Made by a program: the position numbers and the translations under genes. Positions 63,123 through 64,000 of a DNA stretch of 64,000 bases are shown here, piece after piece (the first letter of the stretch is position 1; the number at the start of each line of letters is the position of its first letter). Where the stretch lies: NCBI GenBank assembly GCA_002269645.1, contig NIVC01000856.1, positions 1 to 64,000 of the forward strand. The letters run 5' to 3'. The notes beneath the pieces are model-generated. The model worked only from the letters and a program-made list of their open reading frames with translations. It was not told where the DNA came from and made no database searches. The DNA comes from Macrostomum lignano. Taxonomy: Eukaryota.

Positions 63123-64000
63123 CTGCAGGCACTCATACGTGATTGAGCCTCTATTCTGAGCCTTAGCTTCGGCCACCTCTTTGTAAGCCCGGTCTTGGCA
63201 GTCCGTGTTCCAGGCTAGAAAGAAGGCCATGAACTGCAGCGCACTGGATGTGGTCTCAAAACCGGCCAAAAACAGTGTTAGCGACTGAGCCAGCACCTCG
63301 TGCTCCGACAGACCCTTGGCGCCCTGCTGTTCCGCCTCGCGTCTAGCTGTCACCATGGCAGCGAGGAAGTCTCTGTACTCGTCACAGTTGACTGAGGCCT
63401 CGCGTTCAACCAGGGCGCGGCTGATCACGTCCTGAAAGAAGTTCAGATTTGCTTGCTTGAACAGGCTGATGCCGAAGCGCTTGAAAAGCGGCACGCTAAT
63501 GCCTGGCAGCAGAAACAGCAGCCAGATCTTCCAGTTGCGGAAGTCAAAGTTGAATATTTCGCTCCCGTTCCGGTTGAACTCGTTCTCGGGATTCTCCTGG
63601 GTGTTGATCTGTAAGCCGAACAGTGTGCAGGCCACCGCGTCCATTGTGAAGTTTGTAAAGTAGGCTTTCACATCCACAACGCTGCCCTCTGCTTTCAGCA
63701 GGCTGTCGCAGAGCTGCCGGGCGCTCTGCTCAACCAGCGGGAACATGACCTTCATCTTGCCGGAACTGAACGCTGGAGTCATCAGACTTCTAACCCGCTT
63801 CCATTCCTGACCCTTGAGAGTGAGTATACCCTTGTCCATTGGATAGGTCTCGTTGCCCAATGTGCCCCTGTCTGTGAAGTTCTCCGACCGCTTGATGCAG
63901 ATCTGCTTCAGCATGTCCGGATCGGCCACCACCAGCACTGGCCGGCGCATAAAGTAGGTGCCGTAGACCCGGCCGAACTCCTGCAGATCGGCCAACATCA
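63123..64000 (-). CDS. Cytochrome P450 (clan 3) upstream exon, 5'-partial (continues beyond window)
   Basis: WKRVRSLMTPAFSSGKMK (C helix), FTMDAVACTLFG, I-helix LFLAGFETTSS. Donor CAG|gttagt, phase 0, joins in frame to the 59829 exon. N-terminal membrane anchor is missing from the window. Confidence 0.95.

Overview
Eukaryotic (metazoan) genomic DNA with spliceosomal introns, GC-rich exons and very dense minisatellites. The texture is compatible with a free-living flatworm such as Macrostomum (inference only). Genes reconstructed by reading splice sites: ANKMY2 (4 exons, minus), GHITM/TMBIM5 (2 exons, plus), an orphan class A GPCR that breaks off in TM6 (2 exons, plus), a 3-exon globin with ancestral B12.2 and G7.0 introns (not evident from the ORF track), an orphan last-exon fragment of GPR89, and the 3' part of a clan-3 cytochrome P450 (minus, runs off the window). 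The most unusual element is an intronless 261-aa ORF that fuses an N-terminal Myb/SANT-like domain to a PARP-type ADP-ribosyltransferase domain retaining the H-Y-E triad. It lies 65 bp from a PIF/Harbinger-like MITE. Mobile DNA includes a non-autonomous hAT (8-bp TSD), a MULE-like MITE (9-bp TSD), Harbinger-like and TA-flanked MITEs, three copies of a tRNA-derived SINE, a Gypsy gag fragment fused to an R1/LOA-type LINE endonuclease fragment, and a 5'-truncated RTE. More than 20 tandem arrays cover roughly a third of the window, and all the very long ORFs in the track are artefacts of them. Family assignments rest on recalled motifs; no database search was run.
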